Source of the DNA: Catajapyx aquilonaris
Lineage: Eukaryota
DNA length: 50,923 nucleotides
Reading direction: 5' to 3'
NCBI GenBank assembly: GCA_000934665.2
Contig: KZ538824.1
Coordinates: 1-50,923 of the forward strand
Shown here one piece after another: positions 1 to 24,560 of the stretch. Position 1 is the stretch's first letter. Every line of letters begins with the position of its first letter. The translations under genes were made by a program, and so were the position numbers. The notes beneath the pieces were generated by a model. That model was not told the DNA's origin and did not search any database. It saw only the letters and a program-made list of their open reading frames with translations.

Positions 1-1532
1 ATTTCTCGAACAGTGGTTCAAGTCAGTTTGAACTGAGTTTGCGCTACACGCTGGATGCAGTTTAAACTCCCCTTCCGAGTGTGCGTATTTCTCGAGCATA
101 AACAAACCCTCGGTTACTATGTGAACGACAAGCCTCGGTTAGAATTGCGCCGTTGCCACATGTCGCGTCCTCCCCATTTCCCCGAACCGGTCTGAGCTTC
201 AGCGCGAGTCGTTACCGGCTTGTAAACAAACTCTAGTCAGCAAGTCTAGAAGTTGGAGTGAGGGACATCGCATTTCAAAGTGACATTTTTTGACTAGTTG
301 CCGACGTTAAGTCCGCAAAATGAATTTTTTATGACACTTCTGGGAGGCCAAAAAAATTCACGCTGTGGACCCTGGATAGTGCAAATCTTTGTGTTTCCAA
401 TGATATATTTGAAACTCGTAAATCGCCATTTGTGTAATCATAATTAAGTTAATTGCACACCTCTGTTATCTCGGCCGTTTATAATCCGAATAATTACTTC
501 GCGAATGTACCGACCGAAAGCCAGAAATGTGCGTGATAAAATTACATAGTGCTACACTAAAAATTTTAAACGTATTTAAAAGTATCGCCGTCTATTCCCG
601 CCAGAAATCGGGCTGAGTACTTGTCTATTAAACTTACTAAAACAATACTTTTGAAAATTTTAGTGTAATAGAGCACAATGTAATTTTATCACGCACATTT
701 ACGGCTTGCCGTCGGTACATTCGCGAAGTAATTCGGATGAGAAACGGCCGAGATAACTGAGGTGTGCAATTAACTTAATTATGATTACACATAGTTGCGA
801 TTTCTAAGTTTCAAGTATATCATTAGAAAGACAAAGATTTGCACTATCTATGGTTCATAGGGGGAATTTTTTGGCCTCCGAAAAGTGCCATAAAAACTAA
901 TTTTGCGGTGCAACGTCGGCAACCATTCAAAAAATGACACCTTTCATTGTTGTTCCCGGCATTCCAAACCCGGTTTATTTCAGATAACGGCCGGCAATCG
1001 GGCCGTCAGATGTGAACCGAGAACCCTGTAATGCCCAGCAGTCGAAATTTTTGCAGGAAAATTCTGAAAAATGAAAATCGTGCTGGAAAAAAATCCCCGA
1101 GCAAGGAAAAAAATTCAGCGAATTTTTTTTCGCAATGCAAACAAAAATTTCGCACGTGCCATATATGGCAAAATACATGAGATAATGACGGATTTCTTAC
1201 TTTGTTTCAACAATGTGCTGGAGACCGACTGACCACCACTTTTGCACACGAGGTAACACGCTTGTGTTGGGGTAGTAGTTTCTTCTTTTCGCGCCAGATG
1301 GAAGCACCAATATGTGAGGAGTCGCCCTCACGCGTGAGTGGCCATGTATGGCACTTGTATGAGTTTATAAAAATTCGCGAAGTTGACGTGCCAGATATGA
1401 CCCAAGGGGCATTACAGGGTTCCGTATCCATGGTTTGTTTTTGCCTCGAGAAATGGAAATCTCTCTGAACTGGGTTCAAACCGGACTTGAACCTTGTTTA
1501 CATTTGAACAATTGTTCGAGAAATCGGCCCTG
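1..1532. mobile_element. Degenerate non-autonomous DNA transposon, left end cut by the window
   Basis: 1-120 (ATTTCTCGAACA..GGTTCAAGTC..; ATTTCTCGAGCATAAACAAACC) is an imperfect reverse complement of about 1427-1525, which ends ..GAAATCGGCCCTG. Confidence 0.45.
275..946. mobile_element. Foldback/MITE with about 295 bp inverted arms
   Basis: 275-570 is an imperfect reverse complement of 650-946 (e.g. GTGCAAATCTTTGT/ACAAAGATTTGCAC, TGTGTAATCATAATTAAGTTAATTGCACACC). Confidence 0.8.
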
Positions 1533-1978
1533 AATTAATTTCACAGGTATAATCATGACCTTCAAAGCCATTTTTCTCAAAACTGTTCTCATGTGGGTTG
1601 ACTCATTATTGCATAACACCGTCCATTCTGTATTGAACAGTACGTATGCAAAATTATTACAAAGGATGGGTTGAAACCAAGTTGAAACTTTGCCGTTATT
1701 GGCCACAATCGATAAGATTGGTATCTTCATAGACTGGTATCTTCATATGTGAATAGCGTGTGGCTCACGGTATGTATTCTGGCAGCCATGTTGTATCCAA
1801 TAGTGCGATCACATTCGAACAATGTATTTGGTATTACTGTTCGATGAAGACGCCCAGTAGACCCCGAATTGGAAGGTTGGGATTTTTCCTCCCTCCCGTT
1901 TGTTTGACTCGAGGGTCGGTGATCAGCCCTAGTTGACGGACCGTTAACACCGGTTAACACGTACCGGGTGCGAGCGAG

Positions 1979-3520
1979 ATGGAAGGAGCCGGGGAGCTGA
2001 TCTCCATGGCTGCCATCAGTAGTTTGCTGGAAAGCCTCAAGTCAGACATTATTACCAGTGTGGACACCTCAATCTCGAGTTTGAGGAACTCTTGGGAAGA
2101 GACCAAATCCGTCTTGGTGGCTGAGATGGCAGAACTCCAGTCGAACAACACCGCTCTCATGAAGGAAAATGCGTCCCTCCGTTCCAACATCAGTTATCTG
2201 GGTGATCAACATACTGGAGAACCTGGAAAATAGGGCACGGAGAAACAACATCATACTACTCTTTGGGGTGCCTGAATGAAAGGTCCGTTAACTTGGCCCC
2301 CACACTTTCGAATTTCAAAATTTCAACGATGCGAATCGTTTGTGCTGCGTTTGTGCTGAGTTGTGCTCGAATATGGGCGTTTGTGCCGGTTTAGTTTCAG
2401 AGTTATCGCGATTTCAATTGGTGGGGGCCAAGTTAACGATAGCCCCCACACTTATGAATTTCAAAGTTTCAACTGTGTCATTCGTTTGTGCTGCGTTTGT
2501 GCTGATTTGTGCTCGAGAATGGGCCTTTGTGCTGCAATCCTTCGACAGTTATAGCACATTTAATTAGGGAATTTCAAAATTTCAACGATGGCGATCGTTT
2601 GTGCTTCGTTTGTGCTGATTTGTGCCCGAAGATGGGGATTTGTGCTGCAACCGTTCTCGAGATACAGCGAGGTCAATTTTATGGTGAGGCCAAGTTAACG
2701 CTGGTCACTACAGCACTAGTTTCGCGGATTTCAAAATTTCAACGATGCCAATCGTTTGTGCCGCGTTTGTGCTGATTTGTGCTCGAATATGGGCGTTTGT
2801 GCTGGTTTAGTTTCAGAGTTACCGCGATTTCAATTGGTGGGGGCCAAGTTAACGACAGCCCCCACACTTTTGAATTTCAGAGTTTCAAATGTGCCATTCG
2901 TTTGCGCTGCGTTTGTGCTGATTTGTGCTCCAGTATGAGCGTTTGTGCTACAATCCAGGTATAACAGGTGTAGCACATTTAGGTTATGGGAGTTAACTTA
3001 CAGCTTTTTCAAAAATGCGAATTTCAAAGTTTCAAATTATGGTTATGGGTTACGGTTACGGTTATGGGTTATTGGTTATTGGTTATTGGGGAAGGGGGTG
3101 GGGGCAAGTAACAGGAAGCTCCCCACTTTTGAATTGTAATGTTTGAACAACGTATGCTCTAAGTTGGAACCAGTGATGTCCCAAAACCTAAATGTGCTAT
3201 ACCTCTCTAAGGATTGCAGCACAAACGCCCATACTGGAGCACAAATCAGCACAAACGCAGCACAAACGAATGGCACAGTTGAAACTTTGAAATTCATAAG
3301 TGTGGGGGCTATCGTTAACTTGGCCCCCACCAATTGAAATCGCGATAACTCTGAAACTAAACCAGCACAAACGCCCATATTCGAGCACAAATCAGCACAA
3401 ACGCAGCACAAACGATTGGCATCTTTGAAATTTTGAAATTCGAAAGTGTGGGGGCCAAGTTAACGGACCTGGTGCCTCTGCACTTATCGAAGGCGAAGGC
3501 TCGCCCATGTTGTTATCAGA
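1979..3520 (+). pseudogene. Degenerate LINE (L1-like) ORF1 remnant, interrupted by a foldback element
   Basis: Coiled-coil-like ORF 1979-2213, then after a frameshift 2214-2276 reads LENLENRARRNNIILLFGVPE (matches the L1 ORF1p LENRxRRxN..GxPE motif). After the insertion about 3490-3520 reads KAKARP-VVIR, resembling the RPIIVRF motif. Confidence 0.6.
2281..3470. mobile_element. Foldback-type element with long TIRs built of tandem modules
   Basis: Terminal AGGTCCGTTAACTTGGCCCCCACACTTTCGAATTTCAAAATTTCAA and its exact reverse complement ending at 3470; internal reiterated CGTTTGTGCTGCGTTTGTGCTGATTTGTGCTC modules; GGTTA-rich core 3041-3090. Confidence 0.85.
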
Positions 3521-3828
3521 TAACAGTTTGTTGGGGAGTCCTTTTTACCAGACGTGTTCGTTTCAAGAATCTGGCATATGATGCAGGAACGATTTATTTA
3601 TTTATTTTAATTATTTTATTTATTAGTAGGAAAATGAAAAAATGACAATATATGGGGGATTTCTCAGTTTTGTGATATCCCGTTAAGTTGCCCGTTGTCT
3701 TCCCAAGCGCGAGGCCTTCCGCAGCGCGAGGCCTGGGGCGGGGGCACCTTTTGCCCCCCCCCCCCCCNNNNNNNNNNNNNNNNNNNNNNNNNNNNNNNNN
3801 NNNNNNNNNNNNNNNNNNNNNNNNNNNN

Positions 3829-3903
<75 letters not shown>
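3829..3903. repeat. (TA)n microsatellite next to an assembly gap (N 3768-3828)
   Basis: Direct reading. Confidence 0.95.
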
Positions 3904-3905
<2 letters not shown>

Positions 3906-5027
3906 CTGAATCTTCAGAATGTTCTCTTTTAAGGAGCAACTGCAATAATTTTGAAATTCTCCCTTACTGTCTTTTTTGGTAATGAAATGTTCCAAAAAAG
4001 TCACAAAAGAACAGTATGGGCCACTCTTCACATGTATGGGCCACCTAATTGTAGGGTCTCTATTGTTGTTTGCCGCACTTTCGCGGTGCAGGGTGTTGCC
4101 CAACATTGTTTCCTACTGTCTCAGCAGTTTTTAGTCTTTGTCGTAATTTGCGTGAAATATGCATTTACTCCAGAATTACCGAACCTGCCTGCCAAGCAAA
4201 GAATTTCGTTAAGAACAGAATGATGACTTTCCCACCTGAAATTCCTTCATGATTGTCACACTCACCTACCTGCCCACTTCTGTAGGTGTCTATACCTCCC
4301 TGTCTTCCCTTATTCCATCATGTTTGGTAGGGTCTAAATAGGCACTATTGGATAAAATGATGCAGGCTAAGCGTAGGCTAATATAGCCTACAGGTAACTG
4401 AAAACAGACATTACGTCATCCTCTTCTAGGGTGAGGGGAGGGGGGTGGGGTTGCTTACTGATGGCCAAAGATGAAGGGGGAGGGGGAGGAAGTTCGAAAA
4501 GCAAATTTTATTAAAATTGACCTCGAAATAGAGTTTTGGGTGGGGTATGCCCATTACTGTAAAGTGATGGTTATGATCCACGCAGTTATGGGCCACCCCC
4601 TTCTACTCATGCTATCTATATGGACTCATCATTATCTACAAAATATGAAACTATGGAGTCTACCCTAGTCATGCAAATCGACATCAGCAACCTGGAGTGA
4701 CGAAAACCCTTGTAACTTAAATCAGTGGTTCAGCTAAGTCCATTGCATTTTTTGCCTGACTGATGGTATAAAGAGCCATTTGTTGAATAAATTATCCTAC
4801 AATAAGAAGTGTGTAGCTGAGAAGCTTTCCATTCATAATGAGCACCCGCATCCATAAAGTGGCTTATGAGGCAGAAAATATTCATTCATTGCTATTGAAA
4901 CATCTGGATAGTTAGACTGCGCTAGTACCGGTACTGAAAAAATAATACTTGCAGCTCTTCTTGTGGATCGAGAAGTTGACCTACAAAATAATTACGTAAT
5001 AGCTTGTTGTGCTCTGGATGTCACTAA

Positions 5028-5385
5028 GGGGGAAGGTGGAGTGGCCGCGATGGTAATGTCTAGGCTTGCTAAGTGAAAGGTCCCAAGTTCGATCCCCGCC
5101 TGGGAGTTCCCTTTCACCTGCGTCGGGAAAGTCTCTGACCTGCTCCTTTGGAGGTGTCTGGCAACCTAACCTTCTGGGGGATTGCACATGTGGGCCAACC
5201 TTGAGACATTGCACTTGCACCCGTGTCCCCTCCCCAAAAATCCCTATCCTCTCTCATTGTCCTGTTTCCTTGCACCTGATATTGAAGAAAAAAGTACAAG
5301 AAAATATATTGATGGTGGTGTACCACCCCTCAAAAAGGCCAATGTAGGCCTATCACGGGGTAAATGAATTAAAAATAAATAAAAT
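5028..5385 (+). mobile_element. tRNA-derived SINE
   Basis: A box TGGCCGCGATGG, B box GTTCGATCC, 3' tail GGCC..GGCCTATCACGGGGTA followed by an A-rich tract. Confidence 0.7.
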
Positions 5386-5710
5386 TTTAAATGACGTTCC
5401 ACATTTTTTCCTCCCATTTCCGTGAAAATTACATCAAAAGGTGAAAAATTTGAAAACATTTTAAAAATAAATGCGAGTAACAAAAATCGAAACAGTAAAG
5501 GCCAAAACACAAAAATATTTTGCGGCAGCGACAAGCGGCAAACGCGTGCCCCGCCAATTGTTATTAATTATTGGCAATAATAAATATAAATAAGAAATAT
5601 GCCGCAACGCGCGCCGTTTGCCGCGCGACTTTTTTTTGTGAAATGGCCTTAACACACCATGGCAATGCTTATGAGTCCAAATAACTTACGTTACATACGG
5701 TACGCTAATT

Positions 5711-5888
5711 TTTTTCCCCCTGATGCATTACTAATATTTTATACTCGCTTTACAACTTTAGTAATTTACATTTTACGACCAGGTTTTTCTAGGGAAGCTA
5801 TAGGTTCTAGAAAAAAATTGTCGCATAAAATGTAAATTACTAAAGTTGTAAAGCGAGTATAAAATGTTATAATGCGTCAGGGGGAAAA
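5711..5888. repeat. Hairpin / MITE remnant
   Basis: TTTTCCCCCTGATGCATTA..TATACTCGCTTTACAACTTTAGTAATTTACATTTTA mirrored by its reverse complement ending CAGGGGGAAAA. Confidence 0.75.
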
Positions 5889-6000
5889 CGTGGGTAAAAC
5901 GGGTTTCTACCTGTATACAGTATAGGCTACTTATGCCAGCGATCCATTTGCGTTGTTCTGTATTTTTCAGTCACAAAAGTTACTTGAAACCCTCCCAATT

Positions 6001-6103
<103 letters not shown>

Positions 6104-6475
6104 ATTATTTTACAGGTTAGTGAGGAATAACAGTATTTGTTGAATTCCTCCAGTTGAGTAGAATATTCACAGGTTTGTGAGGAATAACCAACAGTATCAA
6201 TTTAAAAAATAATATTATAGTCACTTGGAGGAATTTAACAGTATTGTTGTTGATTCCTCTTCCAGGGGGGGGGGGGGGCACTTGATTTCGCAAAGTACCG
6301 CGTTGCATAGTGTAATATTTAAATTTAATATTGAGTGTTTGTCGTCTGAGGCAGGGGTTGGGGCCGGACGGGTTGTTTATAGGTTTATTTTTACAAGTTT
6401 TAATTTAGTTCATATTTTGGGTTAGCTTGCTGCTCCCGTCATCGCTGACTACCTACCTCTTATAGAAAAATGTCG

Positions 6476-6495
6476 TGATGGTGATGATGATGATA

Positions 6496-6540
<45 letters not shown>

Positions 6541-6625
6541 CTGATGATGATGATGATATTATTATTATTATTATTATTGTTTATTTTTATTTTTATTTTT
6601 ATTTTTATTTATTTCTTTTTTTTAA
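6476..6625. repeat. (GAT)n(ATT)n/T-rich simple repeat, probably the tail of the adjacent SINE
   Basis: Direct reading. Confidence 0.85.
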
Positions 6626-6908
6626 ATACCCCGTGATAGGGCGGAGCCCTCTTAGGGAGGAAGGGGACTGGGGAGGTTCCCAAGGGAGGGTGCTGTAATT
6701 TTTAGTCACTGATTTCTGACTTTGTGAAATACACCACACCTTTTCTCCTGGCCTTGGGCAGAGTAGGGAGTGCAATTATTCTGCCCCGGCATGTCGGGTT
6801 GAAAAGCGGAAAAAGACCCAGCCAAGCAGAGGTGACGGGGACGGGATTTGAACCCCGGCCTCCCGCTTGGCTGGCCAGTGGCGTAACCACTAGACCACCA
6901 TGCCTCCC
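6626..6908 (-). mobile_element. tRNA-derived SINE
   Basis: Minus strand: A box TGGTCTAGTGG, B box GGTTCAAATCC, tail CCCTATCACGGGGTAT then AAT repeats. Confidence 0.75.
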
Positions 6909-6932
6909 TATATTATTAGGCTATTATTATTA

Positions 6933-6965
<33 letters not shown>

Positions 6966-7439
6966 GAGCAACCCGGATATATTTTAAAACCATTTATCAG
7001 CGATCTGGGCGTGCGGTGGTCTGCGATAAAAATCCTCCTGCTTGATAAGAAAGAAATGTTGACATTGGGATATGATCACAAATCGACAGGAAAGGTCCAG
7101 CTTCAATAAGAGTATTCAGCAAAAAAATAATTAAATAATTACTTTTTTTATAACGTGGAGGTCAGCCGACCTTATTTTCGCCTCTTGCCAAACTAGTGCA
7201 AGTTGCCTTGACCTCGAGACCTCCCATAGCTGATGTATCTGGCAAACTTCCCTGATCCAGGATCTTCCGAGATGAGCCTAGACGTGGCTGGCGGAAGCTT
7301 CTGTCGAAACCTCTGGTCATCTAGCGTTGGTACTTATCATGGCCCTTGCATGCTTTTGATTGGTCCTGCCTTCTTGCACAACTCAATAAAGCTGGTTGAA
7401 GAGATTTGTGGAGCCCTTTCATCCTGTCGAGTTGCGTCC

Positions 7440-7568
7440 CGAATACAGCTATCGGCTTGCTAAAGAGGTAAGGACAGTCCTCACCCAATGTCTGCCACCA
7501 ATGGACTGACATCCGACCACTCACATTTCATATATTAATCGAGTTTCTGCATCATATTTACAGAAACC
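7440..7568 (+). other. Probable 5' UTR intron of the FAS gene (donor 7468, acceptor 7563)
   Basis: GAG|GTAAGG donor at 7468 and TTTACAG|aaaccATG acceptor 5 nt before the start codon. Confidence 0.5.
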
Positions 7569-21228
<13,660 letters not shown>

Positions 21229-21994
21229 GGCATATTTTATGACATGTTTGAGTCTTCAGTCTCATGGCAGCTTTTTACATGTGACAGTAATTCCACTGTC
21301 ATTGTTCCACGTAATTCTTACAAGAATACATAAGAATATATCTTAGTGTGGTGCCTTCATGTTCCCAAGCCTTTTCCCTATTAATCACAACTGTATACTT
21401 CTCCTTACACTGGAGTAAAATTAATGAAACTTGTATTACTTTTTTTGTAGATTACTTCTCGCCAAGTGCAAGTAGCTTTTTAGTATGCTCCTTGGAGTTA
21501 CAGTATATCTATCCACTTCCTTGTACGAGTATACAGAGTGGTCAGTAGCTTCCGGATTTGCGTCAAGTGCTGCATTTATCTGCCAAAGGACCAATTGTAG
21601 GCAAATCAAAGCGACGAAAATTTTGCGACATGCTTTTAGAAAGTAGACCAAATGAATGTCTTAAAATCAGGGCGAAACATTACTATTTCAGGCTTTACAG
21701 CAAAGGTGGCAGAATCAACCTACAAGAAACTGAACAACAGGTGGGTCTATAATTATTTAAATTCATGGTTGGAGTTTACGTCTTCATCGACTGAAAATTA
21801 TAATAAGCAAATATCATACATATCGAAAAAAAAATATTTATTGACAACGACACACTTAAATCGTAACATACACAACTCTAGCCGTGCTATTCAACTGAAC
21901 AATACGACATGTGGAGCAATAAAAATGAACACAGATCGTCAATACAATCATTATACAGTAGTACTCTAAACTTCCCTTATCGAAAAGCATTCAG

Positions 21995-23296
21995 TTATTT
22001 TTTGTCACGTACGATATCTCTGGCAATAAGTTCTTTCATGATTTCATTAGTACCACCATAAATAGGCTGTACACGAGCATCAACGTATGCTCTAGCAATA
22101 GGCGTCTCCCACATGTACCCCATTCCGCCAAAGAGCTGAACACAGTCATAAGCTACACGGTTCTCCAAATCAGAGAGCCAGTATTTTGCCATAGATGCCA
22201 TGGCACCCCCTAGGCGCCCCTCCGAGTGAAGTAGGATACACTGGTCCACGAAAGCCCTCCCTACACTGATTTCCGTTTTCATTTCGGCAAGTTTATGCTG
22301 CACTGTCTGCAAACGAGAGATGGTGCCTCCAAATGCCTCCCGTTGCTTCACGTAACTCCTGGTTTCTTCAAACATCCACTCAGCATGAGCACAGGCACCA
22401 AGGCCAATATTGAGTCGTTCCTGCGGCAGCTCATTCATTAGGTAGTAGAATCCGTGGTTCTCTTCCCCAAGAAGAGCACTCTTTGGAAGGCGGACATCCT
22501 CAAAAAATAATTCGGCCGTGTCCTGAGCCAAGCATCCCATCTTCTTCAGTTTCTTTCCCTTCTGGAAGCCAGGAGTACCGTCGTCCACAAAAAATAAGGA
22601 AATGCCGTGAGCAGCTGACTTAGCATTGGCATTGGTCACTGCAACCACTATCACCACATCAGCCAACCATCCGTTAGTGATGAACATCTTACTTCCGTTC
22701 AGGATGTAGTCGTCGCCGTCTTTCTTAGCATATGTGCGAATCCCTTTCAGATCACTGCCAGCGCTGGGTTCTGTCATGCCAATGGCAGATATGCATTCGC
22801 CACTGGTCATTCTCGGAACGTAGTGTTTTATTTGCTCCGGACTTGCGTACTTGGAAACGTACGGCATGATGACATTAGAATGTAGAGCAAATCCAGGGGC
22901 ATGGCAGTTGGTGTATGCATGTTCTTCGGTGACGACAACTGCGTCCAGGAACGTACCGCCTACACCACCAGCCTCTGCCGGGATGTTCACGCCCAAGAAA
23001 CCGTTCTTTCCTGCGATCTTCCATATCTCTTTGTCTGGACAGCCATCTTTTTCCCACTGTGGATACCGTGGAACCACTTCATCTTGATAGAATTTCCTGG
23101 CACTCTGCCTCAATATGTCGTGGTCGCTGTTAAATATTGCCCGGGAGCCGATGTCCATCATATTGGACATCTGAGCTGGTTCTTTACGTTCCTCAGCTTG
23201 TTGAGACGGAGACCTGAGACTTGCACTAGATCCCAGGAATCTCTTTGGGAGGTTCCTCATTCCCATGGTCAAAATGGATAGACTGCCCCGGATCAT
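21995..23296 (-). CDS. ACADL: Long-chain specific acyl-CoA dehydrogenase, mitochondrial-type, copy 1 (433 aa, single coding exon)
   Basis: Uninterrupted ORF with ACAD motifs GMTEPSAGSDL, NGSKMFITNG, QLFGGMGY. LCAD signature: helix-G Glu in ELPQERL and Gly at the MCAD Glu376 position (PIYGGTNEIMK). Arg/Ser/Leu-rich N-terminus resembles a mitochondrial presequence. Splice acceptor TTTTCAG at 23321-23320 just upstream of the ATG. Confidence 0.93.
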   Translation of the reverse strand: MIRGSLSILTMGMRNLPKRFLGSSASLRSPSQQAEERKEPAQMSNMMDIGSRAIFNSDHDILRQSARKFYQDEVVPRYPQWEKDGCPDKEIWKIAGKNGFLGVNIPAEAGGVGGTFLDAVVVTEEHAYTNCHAPGFALHSNVIMPYVSKYASPEQIKHYVPRMTSGECISAIGMTEPSAGSDLKGIRTYAKKDGDDYILNGSKMFITNGWLADVVIVVAVTNANAKSAAHGISLFFVDDGTPGFQKGKKLKKMGCLAQDTAELFFEDVRLPKSALLGEENHGFYYLMNELPQERLNIGLGACAHAEWMFEETRSYVKQREAFGGTISRLQTVQHKLAEMKTEISVGRAFVDQCILLHSEGRLGGAMASMAKYWLSDLENRVAYDCVQLFGGMGYMWETPIARAYVDARVQPIYGGTNEIMKELIARDIVRDKK

Positions 23297-23414
23297 CTTG
23301 CAAAGGCTCTAGTTCAGCTCTGAAAATTATGGATACGTAACATGAAATACCCACTGAAGCAATATACATAAATGCAAGGGGATCAAAAAGTCACTGTGAT
23401 GTAGCTACAATATA

Positions 23415-23851
23415 CAGGGTGTATCAAAACTCTACCATAAGCCATGTACCAATGGCATAAGGGGCACCAGAGCAGCATTATATGTAGAGGGGTCATCATG
23501 TCTAGGCAGCCACATCACGTAGATAATCGATCATTTGCGAAGTAGCGATTGCGCTTAAGCGTGATTGTAGAATAGCAGTGCATCTGGGGGGAACTGCATT
23601 CTAAGAGCCCTTAGTGACTACCCCAATAGCAGTGTGGCAGTAGCCACCCAGAAAATAGCTGCGACCTTCACCTGTGACGCGATTGCGGCTGAAGGTTTGC
23701 ATACCTGCCAGGATATTTTATACCTATTGCTTGAGGTCAATTATCTCGGTCATGCGGCGGCCCAGGCCTATGATTCCGATACTGTAAATGATCATCTGCT
23801 GACCATTATGCCATTGGCATATGGCTTATGGTAGAGTTTTGATACACCCTG
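23415..23851. mobile_element. Tc1/mariner-type MITE in the 5' UTR intron of ACADL copy 1
   Basis: TA|CAGGGTGTATCAAAACTCTACCATAAGCCAT ... ATGGCTTATGGTAGAGTTTTGATACACCCTG|TA. Confidence 0.9.
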
Positions 23852-24299
23852 TATTGTAATCAAAAAATGGGTGTGCACATACATAATGTTACGATGGCTC
23901 GGCCCTTCCGGTCATATAAACCTACTGATGCACTGATTTAAATAGTTTTAAAATTACCGGTTTTTAATTCGACCTCTACTCTTTTTTCATGATGGAGTTG
24001 GGCGCTTGTTCTATTGGGGTATTCAATTTATTAGAGGTCAAACTGAGATACCACTATCACATCGCTAATATTTGTCCTCTTGGGTGCATGAGTCCCGTAT
24101 CTTAAGTCATGCTATGAAGCTGAATGTCTGATACGTACTGTATAAGTACTGTAGGCCTACTTGACAAATCACAACAACAAGGAACACTATGATTGCAAAC
24201 AGTTGACATTTGCAGCAAAGTTTGTTATATGTACAGGGTCCCTTGTTCTCAAAAAATCCACGAAATACTGTATGCGGTGGGCAAGTAAACATTGAAATT

Positions 24300-24560
24300 T
24301 TTTGGAACCAAAGAGATTGCTGATTGGTTGGAGTGTAACGTCAAAACCTCGGCTCTTCCGCAGAACTATGATGGTATAAAACGGCCTGTGTAATTATTCG
24401 ATTACTGGAAATATCACTCACCTCTAGTAATTCTGTAACCGACCAGATGTGCCCAGGCTCAGGACTTACACTGCTGTTATTCTGCTTCTTTGATCACTTA
24501 TAAAAGGCAGGCCTTCACCTTTGAACACTTATCACTAGGGGTACGTCCAGATATCAGGAT
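24300..24560 (-). promoter_or_regulatory. Candidate non-coding first exon/promoter of ACADL copy 1
   Basis: Strong minus-strand donor AG|GTGAGT at 24421 (alternative GTAAGT near 24468) that could splice to the 23320 acceptor; CCAAT-like motif near 24323. Confidence 0.35.

Noticed and set aside
2281..3470. CRISPR-like repeat-spacer array and the short Cys-rich ORFs here
   Set aside because: Eukaryotic context; inter-repeat segments are themselves repeated; it is a foldback with tandem modules and the ORFs are by-products
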